Shown here: one piece after another, positions 12,079 through 27,233 of the stretch | Layout of the letters: every line of letters begins with the position of its first letter | Numbering within the stretch: the first letter of the stretch is position 1 | Assembly: GCA_964016885.1 (NCBI GenBank) | Contig: OZ024747.1 | Location: forward strand, 75,268,001 to 75,332,000 | Reading direction: 5' to 3' | Length of the DNA: 64,000 nucleotides | From: Eledone cirrhosa | Taxonomy: Eukaryota | Translations under genes and position numbers: made by a program | The notes under the pieces: generated by a model | Databases searched by the model: none | The model's input: the letters and a program-made list of their open reading frames with translations, nothing else | Told to the model about the DNA's origin: nothing

Positions 12079-12574
12079 TTGTTGCTACTTTCAGGTTTTG
12101 TTTCTTATAGATATTTCAGCTGCTTGGTTTATTATTATTATTGTTGTTATTATTAATTCTTTTCTTGTTGTTTGTTTTACGAGGTGGGCGGGGTGGGGGT
12201 GTAGTGTGTGGGGTGGGGTAGGGTGTCAGAGGTAGGGAGGAGGTTTTAATTTAAAAAGATATATATATAATCAATTGAATTTAATTTTATAGAAGGGTTC
12301 AATATTCCACTTAAAAAACGCACGTTCTATATATAAGTTGCTACTGCAACTTTTACCTGCATATGTAGATCCATGTGCATACACATGCATGTGTGTGTAT
12401 GCATACACATGCATGTGTGTATGTATGCAGAGACATGCGTGTGTGCATGCATGTGTATGTATGCATAGACATGCGTGTCTGCATGCATGTGTGCATGTGT
12501 GTGTGTGCATACACACACACGCATGGCTTGGAAATTTCTGAAACTCCAGGGGAAATCAATAGAAACAACCACAC

Positions 12575-12700
12575 CCTCTCCCCTCTCTTCCCACCCCTCT
12601 CCCCTCTCTTCCCATCCCTCTCCCCTGGCTTCCCACCCCTCTCCCCTCTCTTCCCATCCCTCTCCCCTCTCTTCCCATCCCTCTCCCCTCTCCTCTCCCC
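12575..12700. repeat. 21-bp C/T-rich minisatellite (about 6 copies)
   Basis: CTTCCCAYCCCTCTCCCCTCT units. Confidence 0.85.
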
Positions 12701-14101
12701 TCCTACACAATGTAAGGGATGAATATTAAAGATTTCCCAGGATCCACAGAATAATAGACCTCTTATATTACACTCTTTCATATTGGAAGCTACTATAATC
12801 TCTCTCTCTCTCTCTGTATATATATATATATCTATATATCTCACTCTCTCCATTTATCTATATTTCTCCTTCTCTCTATCTCCTCTCCTCTGCTTCTTTT
12901 ACTCTACTTCCTGCCCTCTCTACCCCTCTCACTCTACCTCTCCCCCTCTCTCTTACTCTAGTTCCTGCCCTCTCCCCTCTCTCTATAACTCTCTACCCTC
13001 CCACTTCCTCTCTATAACTCTACCCTCCCTCTCTATAACTACTCTATCCCCTCTCTCCCTACTTCCTACCCCCCCCCCCCCTTTATAACTACTCTACATA
13101 CAGCCACAGTCCATCACTGTAATATCAACACTTTATAAACATTCCTTCTGTATCTCCCATAATTAATCACCTCAATAATCTGGCTCTCTTCAAAACAGTT
13201 AATACAACAAAATAATAATAAATAAATGACTAAATTAAAGGTGGGGTGGGGGTGGGGATATCCAAATTTTCAGGTAAATTCCTTAGAATCCACAATATTT
13301 TGTTTCTCACTCTTCCAACCATTTTGAATTAATATATTTACAAGAGATGATTAGTTGTGTTTATTCTGTTATCTTTTGGATTGTTGGAGATCATCAAGAA
13401 GATATGCTTCATCAACATTTACTATTATTTTACTGCTAGAAATAGCAGCCAAATTTCCCTACCTAAAACAAACAAAAAAAAACAAAAAGAAAACAAATGA
13501 AGTTTCCATGTCTTTTAGCTGAGTCCACTCTGTTGTGTGTATTTGAGCTAGGGTTTCCATTTAAGGATATTTTCCCCCTCCTTTCTACCACCAGTCTTGG
13601 ATGTCTTGAAAATGGTCATAGGCACTGCTCCTTGTCTTTCCCTGACTAAATATCCAAAAATTTGAAAGGATTTAATGACATAATTTTCTCGATATTAAGC
13701 TAGTGTTTGAAGTAATTTAACAAAGGTTCTTTCATAACATTATGATGAAAGGTTTTTAGATAAACTATAAACACATTGAAATAAGCAGCTTGGGAAACAT
13801 TTTTCAATCAGTAAGATGGCCGTTAAACGATGATGATGATGATGATGATGTGCTGCCATAGATGTGGCTCCATCATAAGGCCAGCTGCTCTACTGAAGAC
13901 TTCAAGACTTTTTTTTGAAATTAGGTGTGCTGTTCAGAAAGCAAAACACAACATTTTGGCCATGACTAATTTAGTTGGTTTCAAAGGTGGAGGCATTTTT
14001 TTCCTCTCTCTAACTCTAGGCTGAAGTTTCTTTGTTGAGTGATGAGGTTAACCTCCCACTCTCTCTTATTTTTTTTTTTACACTTTACTGTTTAATGACA
14101 G

Positions 14102-14259
14102 AGGGAACAGCAGCATTCTTCATGACCCTTTGCAGGACTTCAGGGACTGATGGGAAGGGAAAAAAGGAAGTATCTAAAACTAGAGACTTGACTAGAATGT
14201 TTACAAAAGAGTGGACTCTGTTAAAGGCCCTCCCTCTCCCTCAAGATGCCAGGTGGTGA
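14102..14259 (+). CDS. candidate alternative terminal exon (phase 1), unverified
   Basis: Poly-T tract plus GACAG acceptor; open phase-1 frame (E)GTAAFFMTLCRTSGTDGKGKKEVSK...QDARW*; non-repetitive and GC-elevated. Confidence 0.22.
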
Positions 14260-14977
14260 TGATGTTTAGATCTGGTTTGGGGTTATGTCTTCATGCCATA
14301 GAATTTCAGATATACATCCCACTCCACCACCATTGTTCATTCCACAGTCAGACTGTTTCTAACACATATATGTATGTGTGTGTGTGTGTATATATATATA
14401 TATTGTGAATATATATATTGTGTGTGTATATATATATATATGTATATATGTATATGTGTATATATATATAAATACTGAATTATTAACATTTTATGAATCC
14501 TCATTAAGCTGGGTAATTTTTGTTTTAATGCATGAAGCAGTGCAAGCATGCACGGACAAGCTCATGCTTTCTTGTATGTGATGCGCGTATGTGTATGTGT
14601 GTGTGCATATATATACACACACACATACACCCACACACACACACACAGCTTTGTGTGTGTGTGATATCAATATAAGTTTGGACATTTCTTTATATTTTGT
14701 TCTTTTATTTACATTTCCAGTGTGAGGTACCCTGATTTTTTTCTTATCTTTTGCTCTCTCTCTTTCTCTCTCCGTTTCTCTTTCCCTCTCTCTTGCTCTT
14801 GCTCTCTCTCTCACTCTTTCTCTGGACCCTTCCATTTTATCATAAGCTTTTTCTTTTTTACCATTCATGTCTCCTCCTCCAGCCCGGATTAGTGAAAGTG
14901 AGTACATAAACTGCCATAATTGTTTTCTGCTTTAGACTCTGTTCTGTTCTGGGTCACTCTTGTCCACTTCCACCACC

Positions 14978-15009
<32 letters not shown>

Positions 15010-15339
15010 ATCTACTACTTCTTGTTACTTCTTCTTACTACTTCTACCACCACCACCACCATCATGATCATCATCATCATCATTATCATCACCACCACTT
15101 TTATTCAAGTCCACTGGTGGTCCTTCATATTCCATGTCTTATCACAGACCATCTACTGCTGCTGACCACTTCTCTTATATTTCTGGCTCTTTTCTTCTTC
15201 TTCTTCATCAACATCTGCCTATTTACTGCTCTTTACTGTCACCAATTATTTTAATTTTTTCATCTCTTCTTTTAATGTTTCTTGTTTCTTATTTCATCAA
15301 ACTCTCAGCACTAATACAGCCCAGCATGACACTTTTTGT

Positions 15340-15367
15340 GTGTGTATATATATATATATATACTGTA

Positions 15368-15410
<43 letters not shown>

Positions 15411-15720
15411 TGTATATGTATATATATACTGTATATGTATGTATATACTGTATATGTATGTATATATATATATATACTGTATATGTATGTATATATATAT
15501 ATATACTATGTATGTATATATATACTGTATATGTATGTATATATATATACTGTATATGTATATATATATACTGTATATGTATGTATATATATATACTGTA
15601 TATGTATGTATGTATATTTACTGTGTATGTATATATATACTGTGTATGTATGTATGTGTATATATATATATATGTGTATATATATATATATATATACATT
15701 GTATAATATATATATATCAT
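15340..15720. repeat. (TA)n/TACTGTATATG compound microsatellite
   Basis: Direct inspection. Confidence 0.9.
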
Positions 15721-16492
15721 CTCTAAACACTTTAAAATACTTTTTTATTCTTTTTTCAATTCCACCAGGAAGTATATGCTAAGGCCAGCATCACTGATCA
15801 TCCTTTCAAACACTATATATACACGCACATGCATATATATATATGAATATATACATATATACGTATTTATATATATATACATAAATATATATACATATAT
15901 ATATATGAATAAAATCAGTTTTCTCTTATATTATACTTGACACATACTGCGAAATGCCAATAAAATATAAATTAATTTTATAGATTTCCAGTGGCAGTCT
16001 TAAATATTTTATTTTTTCATCTAAAGGTTATTGAAAATGATGTTGGTGATGATAACACTACAACAGCAACAACAACATTTTATGCACCCCACCTCCCAAA
16101 AACAGGAGTTAGCTTTTCAGAGATCCATGACGAACGTAGGGTCCTTTTTAATGTTTTATAGTTTGATGTCCTCTTCTGGTACTAATACCTTTAGTCACGT
16201 TCTATGATATGCTGGGATACACTGTACTTATTCTAAATCAGAGCAGCATAATAAAATAATTAGATTACTCTTCTGTAGATTCATGGAATAAGTCTTTATA
16301 TTTAAACCATCCATCATAATTGTATATGAAACACACTACTTAGTAATAATAATAAAGCACCAATTAATTATGTTTCTAAACTAACGTAATTCTTGATTAT
16401 TTTTAAAACTAACAGAAACATGTAATTTCATCAGGGGTAATATTCTCAAATGAGTAAAAATCTTTGATACATTACAGATTAGTTAAACCTAA

Positions 16493-16742
16493 CTATTGAG
16501 TGCTGGTACAGTCGGCAGTGATATACTAACATAACCATAGCTATTGAGCGCTGGTATAGTCGGCAATGATATACTAACATAGCCATAGCTATTGAGTGCT
16601 GCTATAGTCACCTCATGATTTATGTAAGGGCTGATATACTTGCTTAATGGAGCTTCCTTCTGTGAAGACCTTCTGCTGTCCAACTCTCCTGAGAGTTTCT
16701 TCTGTGAAGACCTTCTGCTGTCCAGCTTTCTTGAGAGTTTCC
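16493..16742. repeat. two small tandem duplications (48 bp x about 2.3; 42 bp x 2)
   Basis: CTATTGAGYGCTG at 16493, 16541, 16589; CTTCTGTGAAGACCTTCTGCTGTCCA at 16657 and 16699. Confidence 0.85.
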
Positions 16743-19353
16743 TACCTCTCAGAGATTTATCTGTGTATTCTTCTTTGGTCAACTTTGCCAGTCATCTGTT
16801 TGGTCATCATTGTCTATAAATAACATATCAGTCCAAGCAATGGCTGAATTATTAGTGTCAGATGAGATACCTTGCTGTATCTGTTTCTTCTCTTTACATT
16901 CTGAATCCCGGTCACACCTAGGGTTCAAATTCTCTCAATAGTCACATCATTACCCCTTATACACTGAGAGATGACATCATTAGCATGAGCTGTGTATGAG
17001 AGTGCAGCACCAGCCTCTTTCTGCAATCTGATAGCCCTTCTGTCCTCTCTCCCATTACAATACAGTTGTTTTATATAGAGCTTTTGAAGACCAAGCAGTG
17101 TTGTCAGGGTCTAATGTGTGATAATTCCCCTCACTAAATCAAACTCACTGGAAAATGGCTTCAGGTTTTACCATTTTTGGCATATTTCTAATGAAATATA
17201 CAATATTTGATTAAATTAATGAAGAATTTGGAAGGATTTACCAAAAATTTGATTTCATTATTAAGATGATATCTATAACATAATAAAATATTCTAATATT
17301 AAATTATGCTGGAAGATTTTAATTTAAATAGGAATCCTTTATAATGGGTGATTTTGTTTCATAGAATAAAAGGCAGATTTGGGGTGGTGGGGTAGTATCA
17401 AAAGTATTAAGAGTATTAACACACACACACTATTGATTAAGTGTCAAATATTGTTCCTCTTCATAAGCTTCAGTTTTGCAACTGTTGCAAAGCTTTGCCC
17501 GTAGTTGTTATTATCACATCTGGACTGTGGTACTGTGGGTAATCAGGATCAGATTTGTAATTTAAAGACAGTGTTCACTACCCTTTTAGGGGCCTCAAAG
17601 AATGATGGAAGGCATGAAAAAAGATATTCTTAAACCAGAGAGAGACCTGTCCCAAATTCTTACCGCAAAGTGGATTCTACTCAAAATAGCTAAGGGCCAG
17701 GTGCAGGTATTAATGGATTAAGTAGGACAAAGTGGAAATTGAACTATGATTGCAAAGCACCAGATGAAATACTGTTAGGCTTCACATTTGGTTGGCACCT
17801 TAACAAATGAAATACTGTTAGGTCCCACATTTGGCACCCTAACAATTCCACTATTTCATTACCCTGAACTGGTACTTTATTTTATCAATTATGGAAGAAT
17901 GAAAGCAAAAAAAAAGAAGATATATATATATACTGCAATGGCAGTGCCTTAGCATGGCCTTAGCTAGTTGGCTGGAATATGTAAAAGTTTAAAGGTATTT
18001 TGTTCTATACTTTAATAGCTCTTCCAATTCTTCACTTGAACTGTTTGGGTTTAGTGGTTGAAAGGGAATACATGGGCAGTATTAAACCCAAGTGAAACAA
18101 GTGAAAATATAATCTCTCAGGAAACCAATGAAGATCTGCATCAGCAATACTTAGGGCAGAGTTTATTGAAGAGATCAATAAGTATTAATTCTCACAGCAA
18201 TTGCACTGATTTGATTTTTTTCCTGAACTCTCTTGAGAGGACAGTGGTGATGGTGATGGTAATAATAATAGTGGCTTTGGGGGAGGAGAAAGTCAATTGA
18301 ATTGACCCCAGTGCATTACTGGTGTTTAACATGGATAATGTCTAAATACTCTATGTATATTTATAAACACATTTATGCAGCTTCAACTATTCTCATACTA
18401 TATATATGTATATATATATAGATATATATTCACACATACAGAACAGATATAGCTAGGTCATTTTATTTTCATAACAGAAATGCTAGTAATGATACTGGAG
18501 ACAGATAACAAACAGCAGAATGTAACTTAAATCTATTTTAACTATTCCCCCCTTCCATAAAAGCTGTACTAGAATATGTATAGTATCTTATTGGATTTTC
18601 AAACGCTTGCTTGTGGCCATACTGGAGCAGAAGCAGTAAAATTTGAACTTTGTTCTTGTAGCTTTTCTTTTCTTTTTTATTATTAAAAAACAACATCAAA
18701 ATTGGATAACAAACATTATGGTGATTAATAATGATAATAATGATGAAGAAAAGAAATATGTTAACAGAAATAATGTATAAATCTAGGTTTTGTCTTCAAA
18801 GATTACTTAGAATATAAAACTACTGTCATCATCATCATTTAATGTCCCCTTTCCTGTCTAGCAAGGGTTGGACAGGTCTACATATACCAAGTCAGTGCAC
18901 TGACCTCCCAGACAGGGTGAGGGGTCTGTATCTTCCTTATGTATAGTCATATGTTCTACAGTGCAGAGGAGAAGTTGTGTATTTTGACACAAACTGAAAG
19001 GTCCTCCCAACCCCTTGTTTGGCAAACTTTCTATGACTGGATGCCCCTTCCTTACACTGACTACTGTACAATGTTTACTGGGTGTTTTTATTGTATAGAT
19101 TACCAGAAAATATATTTTGGTTTACTAACTGGAAATTAGAGAATACCTTTGACATATCCCTTCTAGATAAAATGTGTAACACTTTATACACCCTGAAACC
19201 ACCCCTGGTTTTGATACAAAATTCTGTTTTAAATAGTTGATAACCTAAATCAAAACCTTCCTACATAATTTATTGTAATTGTTTTTTGTTATGTTCCATT
19301 GGCTGATTACTGAAGATATTTCCAAAGTAATCTCCTCCTACATCATAATTTAG

Positions 19354-19412
<59 letters not shown>

Positions 19413-19428
19413 CACACTCACACACACA

Positions 19429-19475
<47 letters not shown>

Positions 19476-19634
19476 ACATTCACACACACATACACACACA
19501 CACATTCACACACACATTCACACACACATACACACACACACATTCACACATACACACACACACATTCACACACACATACACGCACACACATACACACACA
19601 TTCACACACACACATTCACACACATACACACACA

Positions 19635-19697
<63 letters not shown>

Positions 19698-19705
19698 TCA
19701 CACAC
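19354..19705. repeat. (CA)n microsatellite
   Basis: Direct inspection. Confidence 0.95.
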
Positions 19706-19856
19706 GTGATTTATCTGAAATTTAGGCAACTTTAAATTCAGTCAGTGCTGGTGGCTCTTAGGTCACTGCCAATTCCCTATGCTATTAATGTTATTTTTCT
19801 ATATTTCAAAAAGTGTGTCTTCTGCTTATAGACACACACATATATATATGTATGTG

Positions 19857-19903
<47 letters not shown>

Positions 19904-19920
19904 ATATATATATATATGTA

Positions 19921-19962
<42 letters not shown>

Positions 19963-20687
19963 GTTCTTTATGCTTTCTTATGTATATATCCACATGCTTA
20001 CTCTTTGCTATTGTAATTTTCTTTGTGTTTATAGTTTGCTTACTCTAGGGTTTTATTAATCAGAAATATTACATATGTCATTTTTCAGAATTTCTTATAT
20101 ATTTTTAACTAATGTCGTTTATTGTAATTTAAGTTTATCATTAAAAAAATCTCAACCGTTATTATATCACATGTATGATATGTGTGTGTGAGTATGTATA
20201 TATGTGTGTGTGTGTGTATACACACACACACACATACACACTTCATTGAGGTGACTTTTCTGATTCCATCATTGAATGAAACAGAACTAGTCCTGTAAAA
20301 GTTACTTCTCAAATAACATATCCTCTCTACCTGACGTATTGAGTACTTTACTTAAATCACTTAAAATGTAGTTTCCTTTTTTTCTTTAAAGGGTCTCTGT
20401 TCTACTATATATATACACACACACACACGCACACATATACACACAAAAGAAAAAGCAAGCAAGGAACAAACATACCTTGTACTGATGACTAAACTCTCAT
20501 TATAATTGAAGTTTATTGTAATATCAATTCTCTTTTGTTGTTGTCCTACAATGTTGATAACAAATTGGTCAGTTAATGGTTGTAGCAAAAAGCTTCAACT
20601 AAATCAGAAAATAACTTATTGTTTCAGTTTTCTAATATTCTTGGCAAGACTGGGGGGTCCCTGTCATTAAAACATCTAAAAAACTTA

Positions 20688-20779
20688 TAAGATGCAACCT
20701 CACTGGAGACCAGTTAAACACACATACACACTCTCATATATGTGTAAATTCCACTGGTCTCAAATGAGGTTACATCTTA
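20688..20779. repeat. small inverted-repeat element (27-bp arms)
   Basis: TAAGATGCAACCTCACTGGAGACCAGT ... ACTGGTCTCAAATGAGGTTACATCTTA. Confidence 0.6.
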
Positions 20780-20949
20780 GAAGATTCTCCTGAATCTGAT
20801 GATATATAGAATTTAACAACACAATGTGAGATAGTGGATGACAATACTTTAGGTGTCATAGCTTATATAACTGTATTGAAACTATTGTATAATAAATGTT
20901 TCTTCAAACTTGAGTTTTTCCTCATATCCTCCTTATATTATTTATATTT

Positions 20950-21660
20950 TTGTTACCATATATCTAGTAAAAGACACTTCCTTTGATTTTCAAAGAATTT
21001 TGAAAATAATCAATAATTTCGCAAGATTTAGTAATATAACTTTCTTGTTATTGAGCTGATGTTTGGAGCATAACTGAAGAAAAGTTCTTACCATAAAATA
21101 TGATAAGAGGTTTTTAGATAAAACTTTAAAACAAGCAGTTTTGTATTGTAGATCCATGGACAGCTTTAGGCAGTTTAGTATCAAAAGGGGTAATGTTAAA
21201 TATTATTGTGTAGCTGCTTCCTTTTAATACAAATTACCATATTGCTAATGAAATATACAAAGTATTCATTTTTACCATTTAGAAGAAACTACTTGTAATT
21301 TTGAAAATAATTAAAAGAATTTGGAGGGATTTAGTTATATAACTTTCTCAGTATTTATCTGGTGTTTGGAGCATAATTTACAAAGGTTCTTACATTTATG
21401 ATGGAAGGTTTTTAGATAGCATAAACTCTTTAAAACAAACTGCTTTGTATCAAAGAAACCGAGGCAGTTTAGGTGGTTAGGATTTTGAAAATAATTAAGA
21501 ATTTGTTGATTATGAAGTTGGTATTTGGAAAATAAGTTAACAAAGGGTTCCAACATAAAGTTATGATGTACTGTTTTAATTTAAACAGGAACATGTTAAA
21601 ACAGGTGGCTTTGTGTTATAGAAGCATGGTCTTGGGTTGGATTGATGTCAAAAGAGTTAA
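20950..21660 (+). mobile_element. cluster of about 3 decayed piggyBac-like MITE copies
   Basis: Recurring TTGAAAATAAT...GATTTAGT.ATATAACTTTC...GGTTTTTAGATA...TCAAAAG(G/A)GT(T)AA ends at about 21192 and 21660. Confidence 0.65.
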
Positions 21661-21913
21661 TTAAATACTCCTAATTGCTTGAAGCTAATATGCAGCATCC
21701 CTTGTTTCCACAAATTCACTGACAATCTCACACTTTCATGGATCAATGCAGTGAACTTCTGAAGAAATATCAATTGAAATATATTGTTATGGTTGATTGA
21801 AGAATATAACTGAAAGACACTTGAAATGATTACCTGATTGCCCGTAGGAACTGATAGAAATTAATTCTCATCACAAATTTGTTTTCCTCTTCTTCCTTCA
21901 TTCACATAGATTA

Positions 21914-21963
<50 letters not shown>

Positions 21964-22176
21964 GGATTTGTGCCTAAATAAGAAGCCACTGACCTCAGAC
22001 AAATATTATGTCATCAAAATTAACATACAGGAACAGGTCATAACAAATGACTAAAGCTCCTACAGTTGACCCTTCTTACTTCATTCAGATCCAATTTTGG
22101 ATGTTCTTCACCACCATACCAAGAGCTCCAACAACAACAATTGGAATTTCTTCCACTCCATTCATTTCCCAAATCC

Positions 22177-22414
22177 TGAACCCTTTTGATACAAAGCCAA
22201 CCAAAACCACCCCAAACCAGCTCTGGTTCTATGAAAGGAAACCACATGTTTCAAATGATTCCTATATGAATTTATATATTCCCAAATGATATTATACAAG
22301 AACCATATTTTAAGTTATTACATTAGGAAAGAAATAATCATTTGAGTAAATCCTTCAAAATTCTGCATTAATTGAAAGTATATTTCATCATAAATACGGT
22401 CATGAAAGGGTTAA
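22177..22414 (-). mobile_element. piggyBac-like MITE (CCCTTT...AAAGGG termini, TTAA target)
   Basis: Begins AACCCTTTTGATAC, ends GAAAGGGTTAA; member of a family with more than 12 copies in the window. Confidence 0.65.
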
Positions 22415-22756
22415 GTAGATGATATCTATATTTCTTCTCAGCTACCTTCACAACAACTCTATCATCTCCTAGCACTGCTAATGTCAGTCAAAAGGTAGTA
22501 CTTTCTTTATCTACCAATATTAGATCTGGTCTTCTTGCTATGATCCTCTCATCACATTAGACACTGAAGTCCCAAAAAGGCTTTACTTTTGCATTTCCCA
22601 GCACTGCCTTCTTAGGGTTATGTCTGTCCCATTTCTCGAGACTTCTCCAGCCCCAATTTTCTACATAGTTTCCACATGTACAAATCACTCAACATTGATG
22701 TGCCTCCTCTTACACTCCTATGCTAAAACGGTTCATGTACTAACTACGTGGCTCAC

Positions 22757-22923
22757 AGTTCTCCCTATTATAGTTCTCCCTATTATAGTTCTCCCTATTA
22801 TAGTTCTCCCTATTATAATTCTCCTTATTATAGTTCTCCCTATTATAGTTTTCCCTATTATAGTTCTCCCTGTTATAATTCTCCCTGTTATAATTCTCCC
22901 TATTATAGTTCTCCCTATTATAG
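22757..22923. repeat. 15-bp minisatellite, about 11 copies
   Basis: AGTTCTCCCTATTAT units. Confidence 0.95.
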
Positions 22924-23792
22924 CACACAATCTGCACAATGGAGTCTCTCCTGTATGGTCATTATTATATTTCAGATATTAGTACATATTGTCTGTTCTT
23001 GAGATACTCTAATCAATGCCTCTCTTCTAATTATCAGATCTGATTTCCTATCTTCTTTGTCAGTTCTATCTCTCTGCTCTTCTTTTCCTATATCCCACAC
23101 AAATTGGCCAGGCATTCTTTTCTTTCTCCACACTCATATTTGTGTCTTCTCTGTTAGTATTATTCCTTACTCTTGCATACGTCTGTGTCTATTATCCCAA
23201 CTTGCCTGTTCTTCACTGTTTTTTTTATCTACCACCCTAGTCTACTTTTCAAATTTCTAATGTCATCCTCACATCCAGTCAGTCCCTTCCCTTGTTGGTT
23301 TCTTGGTATATAAAATCTATCTACATCACTGTTCAGATTAAAAGCTCCAGGCTTTATGTTCTTCCTGGTTTTCCTGTCCATTTCTTGACCTCATCCTTTG
23401 TTCACTTCAGTATAACCTCTCCATATCAAAAACTGCAACAGCTCATGAGTTTATTGCAGTGATCTTGTTCCTTCCATAATAATACCATTTATATAAAGTG
23501 AATATTGTCATTGCTTATGTCCCATAAACAACACCCTCTGCAATATACCAGTTTGACCACCTTTAGCAGTGTATACCATACTTAGGAGAAAATACGGTAT
23601 AGCTTGGCCCTTGGAAGAGGATCCAAGCATAGAAAGCATGCCTCAAAAGTTTTGTCCCAACCCACGCAAGATTTGTAAAAGCAGACACCAAAACAATTAT
23701 GATGATTGTTGCTGTTCATTCACATGTTAAGAATCGTTATTCTCCATGTTCTTTCAGTCATAAAACCATTAGGGAATGAAAATAAATCTATC

Positions 23793-24660
23793 TAATCCTT
23801 TCACTACCATATTTCTAGTAAAAGACAGCCTATAATTTTCAAATCATTTAAAATATAATTGAGAATTTAGAGGCATTTAGTAACATCTCTCATTATTAAG
23901 TTCCTGGAACATAACAAAAGTCCTTACATGAAATCATGGTGGAATATTTTTAGATAAATATAAGCTGCCTGAATCTGCTCCAGGATCTACAATACAAAAT
24001 TGTTTATTTAAAAGTGTCTATATTTATTTAGAAACCTTCCATTATGATTTTATTTCCTAACATTTGTTGTTCCAAATACTGGCTTAATAATGAGAAAGTT
24101 TGATATATTAATAAACCTGTCCAAGTTCTCGATTATTTTCAAAATTATTTGAAAATCAATGGCAGTGTGTTTTATTAGAAATATAGTAATAAAAGGGTTT
24201 AAACAAACGGGTTTTGTGTTATAGAATCAGTAGTTTCAGTTGGGTTGGTATCAAAAGGGTTAATTCACCTAAACTTCCAGGAATGTCAGTATAATTATTC
24301 ATTCACTGACAAGTATACTTTTTCATATACTTCTTCTATACTTAAACATGAAATCAATAGAGTCACAGTTTCCTAATTGCTAAATTTTCTCTTCTATTTT
24401 AATGTGCTCTACAAAGAATGGAATTGTATTTATTTCAATAAATAAATATTTATCTCTTAGCTCTTTTCCTCTTATATTTTGGGAAAATAATCAAGGATTT
24501 TGTGAAATAACTAACTTTCACATTATTTAGCTGGTGTTTGGAACATAGCTTAACAAAGGCTCTTATACAAAATTATGGTGGAAGGGTTTTAGATAACTAT
24601 AAACAGCTTTGTATTGTATAACCAGGGACAGTTTTTGGCAGTTTGGTATAAAAAATGTTA
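23793..24660. mobile_element. nested/adjacent piggyBac-like MITE copies in both orientations
   Basis: TAATCCTTTCACTACCATATTTCTAG start at 23793; AAAAGGGTTTAA about 24200; TCAAAAGGGTTAA about 24263. Confidence 0.6.
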
Positions 24661-26339
24661 AGATATTTATATAAAAAAAATTGAGAGATCACAGCTTCAA
24701 TACTACGGGCATGTGGTTAGAATGTTGAGGAGCCAACCACTATTTCATGGGGAGTTCTGGTCTTGAATTTGTAGAGATAGTTTCAGTTTTATTGGCCTTA
24801 ATTCAGAATGCAAGACTCTTTGTATGTATACACTTCATGCAAAACACTTCACTCAGTATTTTAAAACTTTATTATTTATTCATACATGTATGTGTGTTTC
24901 AACAAAAATGCACTTGGGTTTTCTCATATTAAGAATGGTCATCGTAATTCCTTACTGTCTAAGATAAACTAAATCGATTCACTAATCTTATAGAATTTAT
25001 CGAATGTTTTCATGAGGTTTCTCTTATGTCTGTGTCTCTTCAGACAGTTTTTCACTCTTGATATCAAACCTTCTGAAAACCACCAATGACTCTACAATAC
25101 TAAACTGTTTAGTTTAAAATGTTTATATATATTCAAAAACCTTTTAAAATGTATATTTGTAAGACCCTTTGTTGAGTTTTGCTTCAAACACCAGCTTAAC
25201 TCTTAACATCCTATAATGGTTTAGCAGAAGATATCTAAAAAAATGGATTTTTTAATTCAAATGTTTATATTTTTTATTAGTAGACAGATTATGATAATTT
25301 TCTGTATTTAACTAAAAACTAAAAAAACTTGAATGTGATGCAGTTTAATGCAAAATTCCAGCATAGAATGATTTAATATAAAGAACAGTTTAAACCTGAG
25401 AGATTTGAATCACAGAACAACAAACTGATTCAAGTGAATTGGTATCAAATGGTTTACTTTCCTATTTAAAATGGCAAAGAATGATTTGGCTTTTTCATGC
25501 AGATGAAAAGTCTGCATGGAACAGTAGTTTTCAATGTTTACTACCAAACACCCCCTTTATATAAATGAATTTTCCCATAGATTCCCAGCTATAATTAGAT
25601 TATGTAGTGAGAATAGAAATTGAAAGAGAACAGATATTCAATAGTCTGTGTGCATATAATGTTTTTAAGATAATTTTTCAAATTTCGAACTCAGCTCTGG
25701 GAGCACAGGTTGGGAATTGGTTTGTCCATTGTGATTTGTGTGTGTGTGTGTGTGTTTGTACAGATATGGATGTTATTGTATATGTGAATCTGCATGTTTT
25801 GTGGTATATATTTACATGAACATACTTCTGTCTATACATGTGTGTGTGTATGTATGTATGTATATGTGTGTGTATGTCCCTCTAAACCTTATAGTCATAT
25901 ATCCATTAGTTAGTAATTTTGTTGAGGGTTGAGGTGAACTAGGGACTAGTATTTATGTGTGTTCCCATGGGATCTTATTGTTTGCTACTACATTGATATC
26001 TAAACTCCACTATAAAAATACTATGTTCATATTCAACCAACTCCCCTTGGTATTTCAGATTATCTATTTTATAAGTAATCAATCATCTCATATTCCCATT
26101 CCTCTAAAGATATTACTAAAGTCTATTTTAAGAATATTCATCTGATTAAAAATTAAGTGCAAATTCTTTTATTGACTTCAGTCACTGAGCTATGGTCATG
26201 CTATGGCTCCACCTTAAAGGGTTTCATGCATAAATACCTATTTCAAAGTCTCATTTCATCGATCTCTGTTTGTCAAACTGCTAAGTTACAGGACCTAAAT
26301 AATCAGCAATGTAGACATAAATACAAACATGGACAGACA

Positions 26340-26470
<131 letters not shown>

Positions 26471-27201
26471 GTATATGTAAAATACCCAGTCCTTTACAGT
26501 CCTTGCTGGAGCAAGGTGCGACACATGGCCAACTCTAGCCAGACTTGCCTCCCGGTGTGGACGACCTGTTTAATCCATGCAAGCGTGGCAAAATTGACGT
26601 CAAACAGAAATGATGAGGAATGGTGAGAAATAACCAATATTGTCTATGAAACTGGCAGTTATTATTTTATATGGCTAGCATTTAAATTTGTTTGGCTTCC
26701 CTTTACATGTGATGTTTCTCCTGTAATGATATATTTTGTGCTCCCCCATAATTTCAAGTACCTGTAACTGTTACAGTCATTGGGGTGCCACTCTAGAAGT
26801 CTGTGTCTATCATGACATTTCAGTTGGCCTTAGAAATGTTTGGTGTTGGCCATCTCTTTTTCATCCTTCATAGATTAGTCAGTTAAATAAGTTCACACTC
26901 TTTTCTTAAACATATTATCAAGACAAAACATGAAAACCAAAGACAAAATATTTTCTTTCTGTTTATTTATTCTTGTGTTTATTGTACAAATTATTACATT
27001 GTTTATATTCAATATACTCATTTTTATTGATAATTTGCATTTTATGGATTTTTAAAGGAATGCTTTCAGTGTAAATTTTCACTTAGTTGAGGTTTTGTAA
27101 CAAATTATCTCTAAATACATATATTTTAATCGATGTATATCCATATTTGTATGTATGTATGTGTGTGTGTGTGTGCATATATATATATATATATGCACAT
27201 G

Positions 27202-27233
<32 letters not shown>

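Noticed and set aside
13888-13930. CTGAAGA...GAAA motif; similar weak hits near 4470-4525, 10065-10095 and 47315-47350
   Set aside because: No valid NUH triplet and/or no stem I; compatible with chance or too decayed to call
22733-23002. NRENY / YYSSP / IIVLP repeat peptides
   Set aside because: 15-bp minisatellite open in nearly all frames
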